From Gemmatimonadota bacterium (lineage in GTDB: Bacteria > JBHIER01 > G020348925): DNA of 64,000 nucleotides. Position 1 is the first letter of the stretch. The number at the start of each line of letters is the position of its first letter. Where the stretch lies: assembly GCA_020348925.1 (NCBI GenBank), contig CP070758.1, positions 2,557,688 through 2,621,687 of the forward strand. Reading direction: 5' to 3'. Position numbers and translations under genes: made by a program. The notes under the pieces were generated by a model, which saw only the letters and a list, made by a program, of their open reading frames with translations, was not told the DNA's origin and searched no databases. Shown here piece after piece: positions 19,552 to 30,426 of this stretch.

Positions 19552-22509
19552 ATGCGAAGTGTACGTGTCGTTTTGATGCTGATCGTCTTGTTCTGTTTGA
19601 CCGGTCGTCCTCATGCGATTCTTCAGAACGGGAAACCGTATTTGGTGACGATCCCCAGGACCGATCCTGCCGTCACCTCATTCCTTCAGGATCAAAAGAT
19701 CCCTGTCTGTTTTCAAACGGACGCATGGTATTTTGCCCAGGCGGGGGAGGCCGATCTTGAACGATTTGAGGCGGCAGGGCTTGCCTGGGATATCATCGAT
19801 GACGAGGCATGGTCCGAATCGTACTTCTTTATCACGAAACTTCGTGGAGAGGACCTCGGAGAGATCCCTCATCTGGGGAACGTCCTTTTTAGAACTGAGA
19901 AAGAAGCTCTTGTCAAAGCCGGTTTACGGCAAGCTCTGGAGTTTGCAGAGGCGGGCTTTCAATTAACCCGAATCTTTCCGAATGCGCTTCCCCTTCGTGA
20001 AGATCAGATTGAAAAAGACGAACGTATCAAAGACAAACTGAGATTTCAAAGTCGAACGGACGATGTCATCGGGGCCATCGTGAATCAGGTCTCTTTGGAA
20101 ATCGTTCAATCGTACGTTCAGCGGTTGCAGGATTTTCGGACGCGGTTCTTTGCCAGCGATTCGATCTGGGCGGCCGGACAATGGCTCTACGATCGGTTCG
20201 TCGAGTTCGGGTACACGGATGTTGTCTTCGACAATTTCGTTGAGTCAGAATACGGTGTGCCGGTCAGGAATGTGATTGCCACGAAACCTGGTGCTCTCTA
20301 TCCCGACAGCGTCATCATCATCGGTGGGCACTATGATACCATCGTGTACGATGCCTCGGACTATTTTGTCTGGGCACCAGGGGCGGATGACGATGCATCG
20401 GGTGTCGTCGGGGTGCTGGAAGCGGCTCGAATTTTGGCCAATGTCGATCTTGACTGCACGGTGAAATTCGCCTGTTGGACTGCCGAGGAAATAGGTTTGT
20501 ACGGAGCTTGGCATTACGCGACGGAGGCCTATGATCGGAGAGAGAGAATCGGGTTGTACATCAATTATGACATGCTTGGAAACCTGGACGAGAACGATCC
20601 GTCGAGAAATGTCACCATTTATTTGAATGCCACTGCCCAAGCATATGCCGATCTCATGGCTGAGATGGCCACCGAATATACCAGTTTGGTCCCCGAGCAG
20701 TTTCCGGCTTTTACCGCCGGCAGCGATCATGCTCCTTTCATGTTACATGGATACAACATCCTCTACGCGCAGGAGGGTGATTTCAGCCCGTACATCCATA
20801 CTGGTTTTGATGTTACAGATAATATGAACTTCCCTTATATGTGTGAAGTCGTTAAAATGGGGCTGGGTACTTTGGCCGCAGTTGCCGGTCCTCCAGCTTC
20901 AATCTCTGTTACCGAACCAGTTATTACTCTCGAAAGTTACGACATTGATGATGATGCGCAGGGTGGGAGTATCGGGAACGGGAACGGCTACTTGGATACA
21001 GGTGAGACAATTGAAGTGACAATCGCTTTGTATAATTACAGTGATTCAGATGCACATGGGGTCAGGGCTCGCCTTGTAACAGATGACGCATATGTCTCCA
21101 TTGTTCACGATGAGATCTCTTTTGGAGATATTCCCAGCGATGGAATGGGTTCAAGCCATGATCAATTCCTTTTCGTTATTTCAGAAGATTGTCCTGTGGG
21201 CCATTTCTTGGATTTTTCTGTGGAGGTCACTACGACAGATGGATTTGGTTGGATGAGCTATTTCACCGAGCGCGTTGTGCAGCCTTCTATTTTGTATGTC
21301 ACATTCAGTATTGAAGACACCGATGGAAATGGCAATGGAGCCGCTGATCCAGGTGAGACAGTAGATATGTATCTTCTTATGGGGAATGGTGGATTGAGAA
21401 GTACCTCTGGAACGGTGATTGAACTTGCGACCGAGGATCCTGATGTAACGATCATTGACAATGAGATCATGTTTCCAGATATGGACATTGGCACTGTGGC
21501 TGAGAATACGGATGATGCCTTCGTCTTTTCCCTTGACGAGGCGGCGGACGTTCACACTGTCCCCTTTACGCTGCATATTTCAGAGGGACAGGGATATTAT
21601 CAGATCAGCATACCTTTTTATGTGCTCATAAAGCAGGGAACAGTCCGACTGGTTGATGACGACGGCGGGACGGACAAACTCTATTTCTACCTCGAAGCCC
21701 TCCAACTCGCTGGCGTTCCGTATGACATCGAACACATTAACGGACTGGCCATGCCCCATTCCGATGATCTGGACGATTATTCAGAGGTGCTCTGGTATAC
21801 GGGTACTGTGGAGACCAATACACTGACAACGGACGAGCAGAGTGATATCGAGGCCTTTCTCAATGGAGGCGGGAGACTTCTCCTGTCCGGAAGTATGATC
21901 GGTTACGAGATCGGCGATTCCCCGTTTTACAGAAATTATCTGCACGGAGATTACGTCTCCTTTCTGACGCTGCTTCATCATCTGAACGGTGTCCCTTCAA
22001 ATCCCGTCGTCGGCGATATGGATATAACCTTGGCCACGACTGGGCTTTGTGCTCAGGGGTTTGCCGGTGAGACGGATCCTATCAGTCCGGCCGGTTCAAT
22101 TTTCGATTACGATCGAAGTACGCAGGAGGGACCTGGGACCGTCAGATCGAGCGGGAGTGGGGCCTTGGCCGTGGAGACCTCGGTGCACAAACTCGTCTAC
22201 GTCTCCTTTGGTGTCGAAGGTATTGTGCCTGTTGAGGACATGGCCCAGGTGCTGGCTGATGTCTTGGCGTGGTTCAAGGAGCCGGGGGTGGACAAGGGCG
22301 ATGTGGATGGGAACGGATCGACGGACATCATCGATGCGGTCGTGGCGGTGAATATTGTCCTGGGCATGCATCAACCGGATGAGGGGCAGAGAGCTCGGGC
22401 AGACATGAACTACGACGGGTCGATAGATATTATCGATGTTGTAAAAGTTGTCAACGCTGTGCTGGGTAGTAGCGGTAAAGTCTCTGCTATTGGTTCCAAA
22501 GACATGTGA
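19552..22509 (+). CDS. Secreted M28 peptidase-dockerin (copy 2)
   Basis: GGHYDT, GADDDASG, AEEIG, NYDM, GSDH; same C-terminal chassis and dockerin. Confidence 0.92.
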   Translation: MRSVRVVLMLIVLFCLTGRPHAILQNGKPYLVTIPRTDPAVTSFLQDQKIPVCFQTDAWYFAQAGEADLERFEAAGLAWDIIDDEAWSESYFFITKLRGEDLGEIPHLGNVLFRTEKEALVKAGLRQALEFAEAGFQLTRIFPNALPLREDQIEKDERIKDKLRFQSRTDDVIGAIVNQVSLEIVQSYVQRLQDFRTRFFASDSIWAAGQWLYDRFVEFGYTDVVFDNFVESEYGVPVRNVIATKPGALYPDSVIIIGGHYDTIVYDASDYFVWAPGADDDASGVVGVLEAARILANVDLDCTVKFACWTAEEIGLYGAWHYATEAYDRRERIGLYINYDMLGNLDENDPSRNVTIYLNATAQAYADLMAEMATEYTSLVPEQFPAFTAGSDHAPFMLHGYNILYAQEGDFSPYIHTGFDVTDNMNFPYMCEVVKMGLGTLAAVAGPPASISVTEPVITLESYDIDDDAQGGSIGNGNGYLDTGETIEVTIALYNYSDSDAHGVRARLVTDDAYVSIVHDEISFGDIPSDGMGSSHDQFLFVISEDCPVGHFLDFSVEVTTTDGFGWMSYFTERVVQPSILYVTFSIEDTDGNGNGAADPGETVDMYLLMGNGGLRSTSGTVIELATEDPDVTIIDNEIMFPDMDIGTVAENTDDAFVFSLDEAADVHTVPFTLHISEGQGYYQISIPFYVLIKQGTVRLVDDDGGTDKLYFYLEALQLAGVPYDIEHINGLAMPHSDDLDDYSEVLWYTGTVETNTLTTDEQSDIEAFLNGGGRLLLSGSMIGYEIGDSPFYRNYLHGDYVSFLTLLHHLNGVPSNPVVGDMDITLATTGLCAQGFAGETDPISPAGSIFDYDRSTQEGPGTVRSSGSGALAVETSVHKLVYVSFGVEGIVPVEDMAQVLADVLAWFKEPGVDKGDVDGNGSTDIIDAVVAVNIVLGMHQPDEGQRARADMNYDGSIDIIDVVKVVNAVLGSSGKVSAIGSKDM

Positions 22510-22904
22510 GATCTGATGTGCGGGTTACGTGCAATTTTTGAAACATAGAGGAGTAATACCGTAGAAATGTTTTAACAAGTGAGTTGAATGGAGTATTATC
22601 CCTGTCTCGTCGTTGGTTGAAAGTCCACTTATTTCGAGGTGTAAAATCTCGTTTTCACAATGTAAAAAATTCAAAAACTGTCCGTTTTCGGATACACCCT
22701 GTACCACCAGCGGACACTTCACATAGTGCGTTCTGTGCGGAACCGTGTCTACTGTATCACAAGAGAACGTGAACGTACCGGCATGTTCTTTGCTTTTTCT
22801 ACACTAAGAATGTATGTTGAGAGCATTCTCTGAATACACGGCAGAATGAAGGGCACTTTTGTGCTCTTCAGTTGAACGTTTTCATGTGTTCGAAGGAGGT
22901 GACC

Positions 22905-23818
22905 ATGATGAAGTGTTTTCATCTTCTTCTCACTCTGGTACTTCTTTCTTGCCTTGTCGTTGCCGTCGAAGCATCGCCACAGGAAGCACACCCCTATCTC
23001 ATCAAAATATCCCGGGCTGATTCGAACGTCGTTACGGTTCTTCAAGAACGAAATATTCCTGTCTATTTGAAATTGAAGAAATGGTACTTCGCAGGAGCAC
23101 ATGCACCCGATTTCATTTATCTCAGGGAGAAGGGAATAGAGTATGATGTGATTGATGAGGAGGCGTGGTCGAAACCGTACTATTTAATAACCAGACCTCG
23201 GAGAGGGGAGCTCGGTGTTATTCCCGAGGTCGGCAGAATTCTTTTTCAGGAGGATAAGGAGGCGATTCTCAAAAAAGGTAGCAATCAATTTCTCGAACTG
23301 GTCAGTGCCGGGTATACATTGACGCGGCTTTTTCAGAGATCGCACCCAATCTTGGAAAGGAAACACAGTACATTACCTTCAATTGTCTGGGAAGCCGGGT
23401 CAGACGACGTAATCGAGACTATCGTCAATAATGTTTCCGAGGACAGTCTTCGATCATATGTTCAGCGTTTGCAGGATTTTCAGACCCGGTATTTCGAAAC
23501 AGATTCGATCAAGGCATGTGCTCGCTGGTTCCGAAACACCCTTCTCGATTTCGGATACACCGATGTTGTCTTCGATACGTTAACCAATCAGCCACTTGAT
23601 CATGCAATCTGGAACGTAATCGCCACCAAGCCCGGTTTTTTCTATCCTGACAGTATCGTCATAATAGGTGGCCACTTTGATTCCATCGTTCGTGATGGGA
23701 CGAATCCGTATGTCTGGGCGCCCGGGGCAGGCGATAACGCCTCCGGGACGCGGTGGTGACGGTCAATATCGTCTGGGGTATGCATGAGCCTGATGAGGGG
23801 GAAACGACACGGGCTGAT
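22905..23818 (+). pseudogene. M28 peptidase paralog with a ~2-kb internal deletion, fused out of frame to a dockerin remnant
   Basis: SD AGGAGG and ATG at 22905; reads to GAGDNASG, then stops at 23759. DNA from ~23747 encodes DAVVTVNIVWGMHEPDEGETTRAD, which is mid-dockerin in the paralogs. Confidence 0.88.
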
Positions 23819-23998
23819 TTGCAGTACAGGTATGATATTCTATAATCAAACATTGATAAAAATTGCTCTTATTGTGAGGTGAAAATGCGGATGTATCTTT
23901 CGTTCCCCAGTGTTTGCGTATGAACACTGAGGGTTCCCAGTTGTGATGAGACAGTACCCTGTCGCGCCTGTCTTATTCTTTGAAAGGAGGGAGTCACA

Positions 23999-26944
23999 AT
24001 GAGGACAAAAGTGCTCACCGTGCTGTCACTTCTGTTTTTGACAGTGGTTGCTTTCTGTCCCAAGGGAGTGGACTCTGCAGATGCTGACGATCTGTTCATG
24101 ATCTCTGTATCACTCCATAACAGGGACTACCTGCAGCATGTCAAAAACACAAGTGTATCATACGGCCACATAGACAATCAGACGGCCGTCGTCCTTGTTC
24201 GGGAGAAAGACCAGTCAATATATCAAAAGGAGGGAATCGCCTATGAGATTTTAGGTACAGTAACAGATAACTGGCAATACGTTCTCGTCTCTTTTCGGGA
24301 TCAGTACCAAAAGAAAAAGCTTGAGCACATTGGACGAATTGTTACAATCGGTGAAAACCGGGCTCTCATCAGAGTCAAAAACGATTGGGATCGTTTCGGG
24401 CCGAAATATGGAATTGAGTTGATCAACGCGTTTTTTATTCCCCAGGTGAAATCTATTCGGAAACTGTCCGATGTCTCCCCTTCCCCTCTTCTCAATGACA
24501 TCATCCACCAGGTATCGCCTGTCATGATTTACAATTACATCCTTGATCTTCAAAATTTCCAGACGCGCTTCGGCTATGCTGATGGGTGCAGCCTGGCGGC
24601 GGATTATCTCAAAGATCAGTTCGAAAGCTGGGGACTGGATGTGACCGAGCACTGGTTTATCAATGAAGGGTGGATCGAGGTCGGATATCCGGCCGATCCT
24701 CAGCGAAACATCATCGCCACGCTCCCTGGTACGATATATCCGGATGAGATTGTTGCCATATGCGCCCATTATGATTCCCGGTCGGATGATAATTGGAACT
24801 TTGCGCCAGGAGCCGACGACGATGCCAGTGGTACGGCGGCCGTGCTTGAGATGGCCCGCATTCTGAGCCAATATGGTTCTGAAAGGACTCTGCAGTTTAT
24901 ATGCTTTGGTGGGGAGGAGCAGTGGATGATAGGGTCGTACGCCTATGTTGAAGAAAGGAAAGCTGCCGGAGATAATTTTGTGGCCGTTATCAACAATGAT
25001 ATGATCGCATATACTGCGGACGGTCAATTCGAGGATATCGAAGTTGATTGTATTCCGGAGACCGAATGGCTGGCCGACGAGGTTATGGCTCTCGCGTCAG
25101 ATTTCGTGACATATCCTGTGTCGAAGAACGTCGGCTGGGAGAATGTTTCCGATCATACACCCTTCTGGGAGAATGAATACCCGGCCATCGAATTGGCGGA
25201 AGACGAGGCCGATGATGTTTGGGGTGGTACGAATCCCTTCTACCATACTACGGGAGATGTGATCGAAACGTTGAACATGGAATTTGCCACGCAGATTGTG
25301 AAAATGAATGCTGCAGCCCTGGCATCATTAGCAGGTGTCGAAGTGTCCGGTGCTGTTGTGGTCTGCGCGGAGCATACAATGGATGACGACGATCTCGGTG
25401 AAAGCCTGGGAAATGGAAACGGATACGTGGATCCCGGAGAGGCTATCGAACTTGGATTGTCGCTGAATAATATAGGTCACGTTGATGTTTCAGGAGTGAG
25501 TGCGACGCTGGAATCGGAGGATGACCATGTTATCATCGTGCGAAACACGGTTGAATTCGGTGATATACTTTCGGGTGGTTCGGCTACGGGGCAGAATACC
25601 TACAGCGTTCACGTCTCCCAGGATTGCCCCAACGGCCATCAGATACTCTTCTCCGTCACAATTCAAGATGATCAGTCAAGATCGTGGGGAGGTGGTTTTG
25701 TTGTCGAAGTGCTTCAGCCTACTTTCGTGTTTCAAGCTCACTCCTTTGAGGAAGTGGAAGGGAATGGCAACACTGTGATCAATCCTGGTGAGACAATAAA
25801 CCTGTTTGTTCTCATAGAAAATGCCGGTTTGCGTGGTGCTTCTGGCATAACGGCTCGGCTTGAAACGAATGATTCTGACATAACGATTGCGGACAGCGAG
25901 GCTCTTTTGCCCGACATAGATGTGACGGGTGTTGCTGAGAACAGAAACGATCCTTTCACGTTTACGGTGAATGAGGAAGCTGACTCCCATTCGGTAACCT
26001 TCACCATGCATCTGACCGAAGGTCAGGGCTATTACCACATTGACATGACTGTTCAATTGATCATCGGACAGGGAAAGATTCTCTTCGTGGTTGACGACGA
26101 GGGGAATGACAATCAAAATTATTACATGGAGGTCTTTGAGCTTTTGGGTATTTCATATGACGTCTGGGATGTACAGGGGAGAGCCAAGGTTGTTTCCGAT
26201 ACACTTCTAAACTATCCAGAAGTGATTTGGTTTACAGGGCCTGTCGAGAAAAACACGTTGACTCCTGAGGATCAGAGTGCGTTGGATACGTATCTCAATG
26301 GTGGTGGAAGAATTTTACTGTCCGGAAACCTTATCGGTTCGGATATAGGAAATACATCTTTTTACAGAAATTTTTTGCACGGATACTATATCTCCTTTAT
26401 GACCATGCTGCACCACCTCAACGGGACGCTCAATAATCCGGTGAGTGGCGAAGTGGATATTGCACTGGCATCAACGGGGAATACAGCCCAGACTTTTGCT
26501 GGGGAAACCGATCCAATAAGCCCGGCCATATCAGTATTCGATTATGATCGGGATACTGAAGAGGGACCCGGTCTCATCAGGTCAAGTGGCAGCGGCGCTT
26601 TGGCGATGGAAAACTCGATCTATAAAGTTGTCTATTTCTCCTTTGGAGTAGAAGGAATTGAACCTCTGGATGATCGGGTGCAGGTTTTGCTGGATGTGCT
26701 CACATGGTTCAAGGAGCCGGGGGTGGATAAAGGCGATGTGGATGGGAACGGATCGACGGACATCATCGATGCGGTCGTGGCGGTGAATATTGTCCTGGGC
26801 ATGCATCAACCGGATGAGGGGCAGATGGCACGGGCCGACATGAATTACGATGGAGCGATTGACATCATCGATGTCGTGAAGGTCGTCAACGCTGTGCTGG
26901 GAACCAGCGGGAAAGCCTCTGTTGTTCATTCTAAAGACATGTAA
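23999..26944 (+). CDS. Secreted M28 peptidase-dockerin (copy 3; N-terminal subfamily B)
   Basis: CAHYDS, GADDDASG, GGEEQW, NNDMI, SDH; chassis and dockerin. Confidence 0.92.
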   Translation: MRTKVLTVLSLLFLTVVAFCPKGVDSADADDLFMISVSLHNRDYLQHVKNTSVSYGHIDNQTAVVLVREKDQSIYQKEGIAYEILGTVTDNWQYVLVSFRDQYQKKKLEHIGRIVTIGENRALIRVKNDWDRFGPKYGIELINAFFIPQVKSIRKLSDVSPSPLLNDIIHQVSPVMIYNYILDLQNFQTRFGYADGCSLAADYLKDQFESWGLDVTEHWFINEGWIEVGYPADPQRNIIATLPGTIYPDEIVAICAHYDSRSDDNWNFAPGADDDASGTAAVLEMARILSQYGSERTLQFICFGGEEQWMIGSYAYVEERKAAGDNFVAVINNDMIAYTADGQFEDIEVDCIPETEWLADEVMALASDFVTYPVSKNVGWENVSDHTPFWENEYPAIELAEDEADDVWGGTNPFYHTTGDVIETLNMEFATQIVKMNAAALASLAGVEVSGAVVVCAEHTMDDDDLGESLGNGNGYVDPGEAIELGLSLNNIGHVDVSGVSATLESEDDHVIIVRNTVEFGDILSGGSATGQNTYSVHVSQDCPNGHQILFSVTIQDDQSRSWGGGFVVEVLQPTFVFQAHSFEEVEGNGNTVINPGETINLFVLIENAGLRGASGITARLETNDSDITIADSEALLPDIDVTGVAENRNDPFTFTVNEEADSHSVTFTMHLTEGQGYYHIDMTVQLIIGQGKILFVVDDEGNDNQNYYMEVFELLGISYDVWDVQGRAKVVSDTLLNYPEVIWFTGPVEKNTLTPEDQSALDTYLNGGGRILLSGNLIGSDIGNTSFYRNFLHGYYISFMTMLHHLNGTLNNPVSGEVDIALASTGNTAQTFAGETDPISPAISVFDYDRDTEEGPGLIRSSGSGALAMENSIYKVVYFSFGVEGIEPLDDRVQVLLDVLTWFKEPGVDKGDVDGNGSTDIIDAVVAVNIVLGMHQPDEGQMARADMNYDGAIDIIDVVKVVNAVLGTSGKASVVHSKDM

Positions 26945-27090
26945 GAATTAATATTTTATGAGCTTAGTGTATTTACAGTGTAAGTCATACTATATGAAAT
27001 GTATTGACGAGTGAAGAGCATTTCTTGGATAAAAGGTACCTGAGAGAATGTTCATGAGTTGAGCATTTTAAATTGCTGAGGGAGGTGACC

Positions 27091-30051
27091 ATGATGAAGT
27101 ATGTTCATCCTCTTTTTGCTCCGGTCCTTCTTTCTTGCCTTGTCCTTCTCGTCGGAGCATCATCACAGGAAAAAAAACCCTATCTCATCAAAATACCCCG
27201 GGCTGAGTCCACCGTCGTTATGGTACTTCGAGACCGAGCAATTCCCGTGTATGGGAAAGTAGAGGGATGGTACTTCGGGGGAGCGGATAGGAAGGATTTA
27301 CGTGAACTCAGTGCGGCGGGAATAGAGTATGATGTGGTTGACGAGGAAGCCTGGTCGGAACCGTACTCCCTGATCTACAGATGTTGGAAAGGGGAACGAG
27401 ATCTTCTTCCTCGTGCGGGCAGAGTGGTCTTTCAGGATGATCATACGATGCTGGTGAAGATCGCCGATGAGGACGTCCTCGAGATCATTCAAGCGGGTTT
27501 TCATCCAACTCGGCTTTACCCACATCCGCTTCCTGTGACTGACGAGCGAAAGGAAGGGATAGTGCCGCCTGTATTGGACCGCGGACCGGAAGAGGTCATC
27601 GAGGCCCTTGTGCATCGGATTTCCGAAGATTCCCTGAGATCATATATCCAGCGGTTGCAAGATTTTCAGACACGCTATATCGGTACCGATTCGAACGAGG
27701 CTGCTGCCCAGTGGATCACCGACAAGTTTTACGAGTTTGGATACGAGTTGGTGGAGACTCCGCGCAGCCATGTTTATGGAACACTCGTCGACGTGAATAG
27801 TGTGATCGCTGTAAAGCTCGGCATCCTTTATCAGGACAGTGTTTTCATCATTGGCGCCCACTTCGATTCCGTCGTCAGGGACGTTACCGACCCTCACACC
27901 TGGGCCCCAGGTGCTGATGACAAAGCTACAGGAGTTGCCGCCGTTTTGGAGGCAGCCCGCATTGTAGCCGACATCGATTTCGATTATACGGTTAAATTTG
28001 CCTGCTGGAACGATGAGGAGGTTTCGCTTTCTGGCAGTGGTTGGTATGCGGGTAGTGCGTATTTTGATGGACAAAAGATCGGTCTCTATATCAACTTGGA
28101 TATGATCGGATTCCTCGATGAAAAGATACCGCTCAGGGATATCAATATCTTGCGAAATCCATCAGCTCAGGCACAGGCATGTGCGGAATTCATGGCTGAA
28201 ATGGCCGATCGATACGCCACACTGGTTCCTGTACACATTGAAACGGAATGGGGTGGCAGCGACCATTCCTATTTTATGTGGCATGGGTACGATATTCTCT
28301 GGGTGTGGGAGAGCAACTTTGATGATTATAAGACCAATCCCCACTATCACACGGCTACCGATGTTATTGATCACGTGGACATGTCGTATGTCTATGACGT
28401 GGCCAAAATGAGTCTGGCCTCGTTTTTCGCTCTGGCCGGTCCACCTGAGTCGCTTCCGCAACCTTCAATAGTCCTTGAGAACTACCATATGGATGACACC
28501 GGTAAAAATGGGAGTGCAGGGAACGGAAATGGTTATATAGATCCAGGGGAAACGATTCAGCTGTCCGTGTCTGTTTTGAATGACGGTGATGCTCAGGCCA
28601 GGGATGTACATGGCCGTCTCTTCACAGGAGATCCCTCTGTCATCCTCATTGATGGTGAGACTCCTTTTGGGGACATCCCCCCCCGTGGATCGAGCATGGG
28701 CCGGAGTCCGTTTCGTTTCGCTATCTCTGAGGATTGTCCGAACGGGCGATATGTAACTTTTTCCCTGGAGGCCAGTGCCGCCGGGGGGTACGAGTGGACG
28801 ACCTCCTTCGCCGTTCGCGTCACACAACCTGACATTTTCTACAAGACATTTACTTTTGAAGAGGTGGTGGGTGATGACGATGGCGTTCCCGATCCCGGTG
28901 AGATCCTAAATCTCTATCTGTTTCTGGGCAACGATGGCTTGAGGGACGCTTCGGGGATCACAGCCGAACTTGATACCGACGATCCAGACGTATCGATTAC
29001 GGATAGTCGGGCTGTTTTTCCTGACATGGCCCTTGATGCTGCAATTGAGAACAGCGATCCCTTCACTTTTTTTGTTAGCGGAGATGCTGATTATCGTGCC
29101 ATTGTTTTTGCCGTGCATCTCTCCGAGGGAGAGGGCTATTATGAGAGGGACCTGACCTTCCGATTGCTTATGGGGCAGGGTATCGTGCTGTTTTTCCCTG
29201 ATGACGGCGAAACCGGAAACGAAGAGTATTACATTGATGCATTTCAAACTTTGGGTGTACCGTATGAAATAGGTGAAATTCTGGGTACTGCCAAATCCGC
29301 CCCCAACGAATTGCTCGACTATTCCGAGGTGATCTGGTTCACAGGCAGTGAAGAGAGCAACACGCTCACATCCGATGATCAGAGCGATCTTGAAGCGTTT
29401 CTCTGCAACGGTGGAAGGTTGCTTCTATCCGGGAATATGATCGGTTATGATATCGGTGATTCTCCTTTTTATAGAGACTATCTGCACGGACACTATATTT
29501 CCTTTATGACCATGCTGCATCACCTCAATGGGACGCCATCAAATCCCGTTGTAGATGGGATGGACATAACGCTCTCATCAGAGGGTAGCAACGCTCAGGG
29601 ATTTGCCGGAGAGACGGATCCCATCAGTCCGGCCGTATCGATTTTCGATTACGATCGAAATACTGAGGAGGGACCTGGGACCGTTGCATCGAGTGGTAGT
29701 GGCGCTGTGGCGGTGGAGAACTCTGTCTCTAAAGTTGTCTATTTTTCCTTTGGAGTAGAGGGAATTGAACCTTTGGAGGATCGTCTGCGGGTTTTGCTGG
29801 ATGTGCTTGCATGGTTCAAGGAGCCTGGTATTGATAAAGGCGATGTGGACGGCAACGGGACGACGGACATCATCGATGCCGTCATGGCGGTCAATATCGT
29901 CTTGGGTATGCATCAGCCTGATGAGGGGGAAACGGCCCGGGCTGATATGAATTACGACGGGTCTCTTGACATCATCGATGTCGTGAAAATCGTCAACGCT
30001 GTGCTGGGGATCGGCGGCAAAGCAACGGTTGGAGATGTTACGGACATGTGA
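27091..30051 (+). CDS. Secreted M28 peptidase-dockerin (copy 4)
   Basis: SD GGAGG before ATG 27091; GAHFDS, GADDKATG, NDEEVS, NLDM, GSDH; dockerin. Confidence 0.9.
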   Translation: MMKYVHPLFAPVLLSCLVLLVGASSQEKKPYLIKIPRAESTVVMVLRDRAIPVYGKVEGWYFGGADRKDLRELSAAGIEYDVVDEEAWSEPYSLIYRCWKGERDLLPRAGRVVFQDDHTMLVKIADEDVLEIIQAGFHPTRLYPHPLPVTDERKEGIVPPVLDRGPEEVIEALVHRISEDSLRSYIQRLQDFQTRYIGTDSNEAAAQWITDKFYEFGYELVETPRSHVYGTLVDVNSVIAVKLGILYQDSVFIIGAHFDSVVRDVTDPHTWAPGADDKATGVAAVLEAARIVADIDFDYTVKFACWNDEEVSLSGSGWYAGSAYFDGQKIGLYINLDMIGFLDEKIPLRDINILRNPSAQAQACAEFMAEMADRYATLVPVHIETEWGGSDHSYFMWHGYDILWVWESNFDDYKTNPHYHTATDVIDHVDMSYVYDVAKMSLASFFALAGPPESLPQPSIVLENYHMDDTGKNGSAGNGNGYIDPGETIQLSVSVLNDGDAQARDVHGRLFTGDPSVILIDGETPFGDIPPRGSSMGRSPFRFAISEDCPNGRYVTFSLEASAAGGYEWTTSFAVRVTQPDIFYKTFTFEEVVGDDDGVPDPGEILNLYLFLGNDGLRDASGITAELDTDDPDVSITDSRAVFPDMALDAAIENSDPFTFFVSGDADYRAIVFAVHLSEGEGYYERDLTFRLLMGQGIVLFFPDDGETGNEEYYIDAFQTLGVPYEIGEILGTAKSAPNELLDYSEVIWFTGSEESNTLTSDDQSDLEAFLCNGGRLLLSGNMIGYDIGDSPFYRDYLHGHYISFMTMLHHLNGTPSNPVVDGMDITLSSEGSNAQGFAGETDPISPAVSIFDYDRNTEEGPGTVASSGSGAVAVENSVSKVVYFSFGVEGIEPLEDRLRVLLDVLAWFKEPGIDKGDVDGNGTTDIIDAVMAVNIVLGMHQPDEGETARADMNYDGSLDIIDVVKIVNAVLGIGGKATVGDVTDM

Positions 30052-30086
30052 GTGATCTCTGCGTCGAGTCGGTTTTCCGTCACAGT

Positions 30087-30149
30087 GAGAGAGGGAGCTC
30101 TTCCGCACGACGACACAGGACGTGGCGTCGGAGGAGGAGCTCTCTTTTT
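30087..30149 (+). terminator. Long-stem intrinsic terminator (paralogous to 33428-33491)
   Basis: GAGAGGGAGCTC...GAGCTCTCTTTTT with inner helices TTCCG/CGGAG and CACG/CGTG. Confidence 0.7.
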
Positions 30150-30249
30150 GTATTCAGAAAGAGAATTTCCACGATATCTCTGGGAACGATAGTGGAAGCG
30201 CTGGGCTCGGGAAATGTGGCGGGTCTCGATTCTCAAAGAATGAAATATC

Positions 30250-30337
30250 TTGACAGCTCGCAGGTGGTGCACTAATTTTAATGCGCCGTAATGGGAGAGG
30301 CGACATTGGGAGTATTCATGCCTCCCGGAGTGCTCCC
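30250..30337 (+). promoter_or_regulatory. Promoter TTGACA-N17-TAATTT plus conserved two-hairpin 5' leader (copy A)
   Basis: The same elements recur at 33594-33680. Confidence 0.7.
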
Positions 30338-30426
30338 GGTATTCCAAAGGGCGTCATTGTATCAAACCATTGTGCAGCATTGCTCTTTGGTCCGAACTTC
30401 GAATCTCTTGGAAAGGAGATGAGGTG

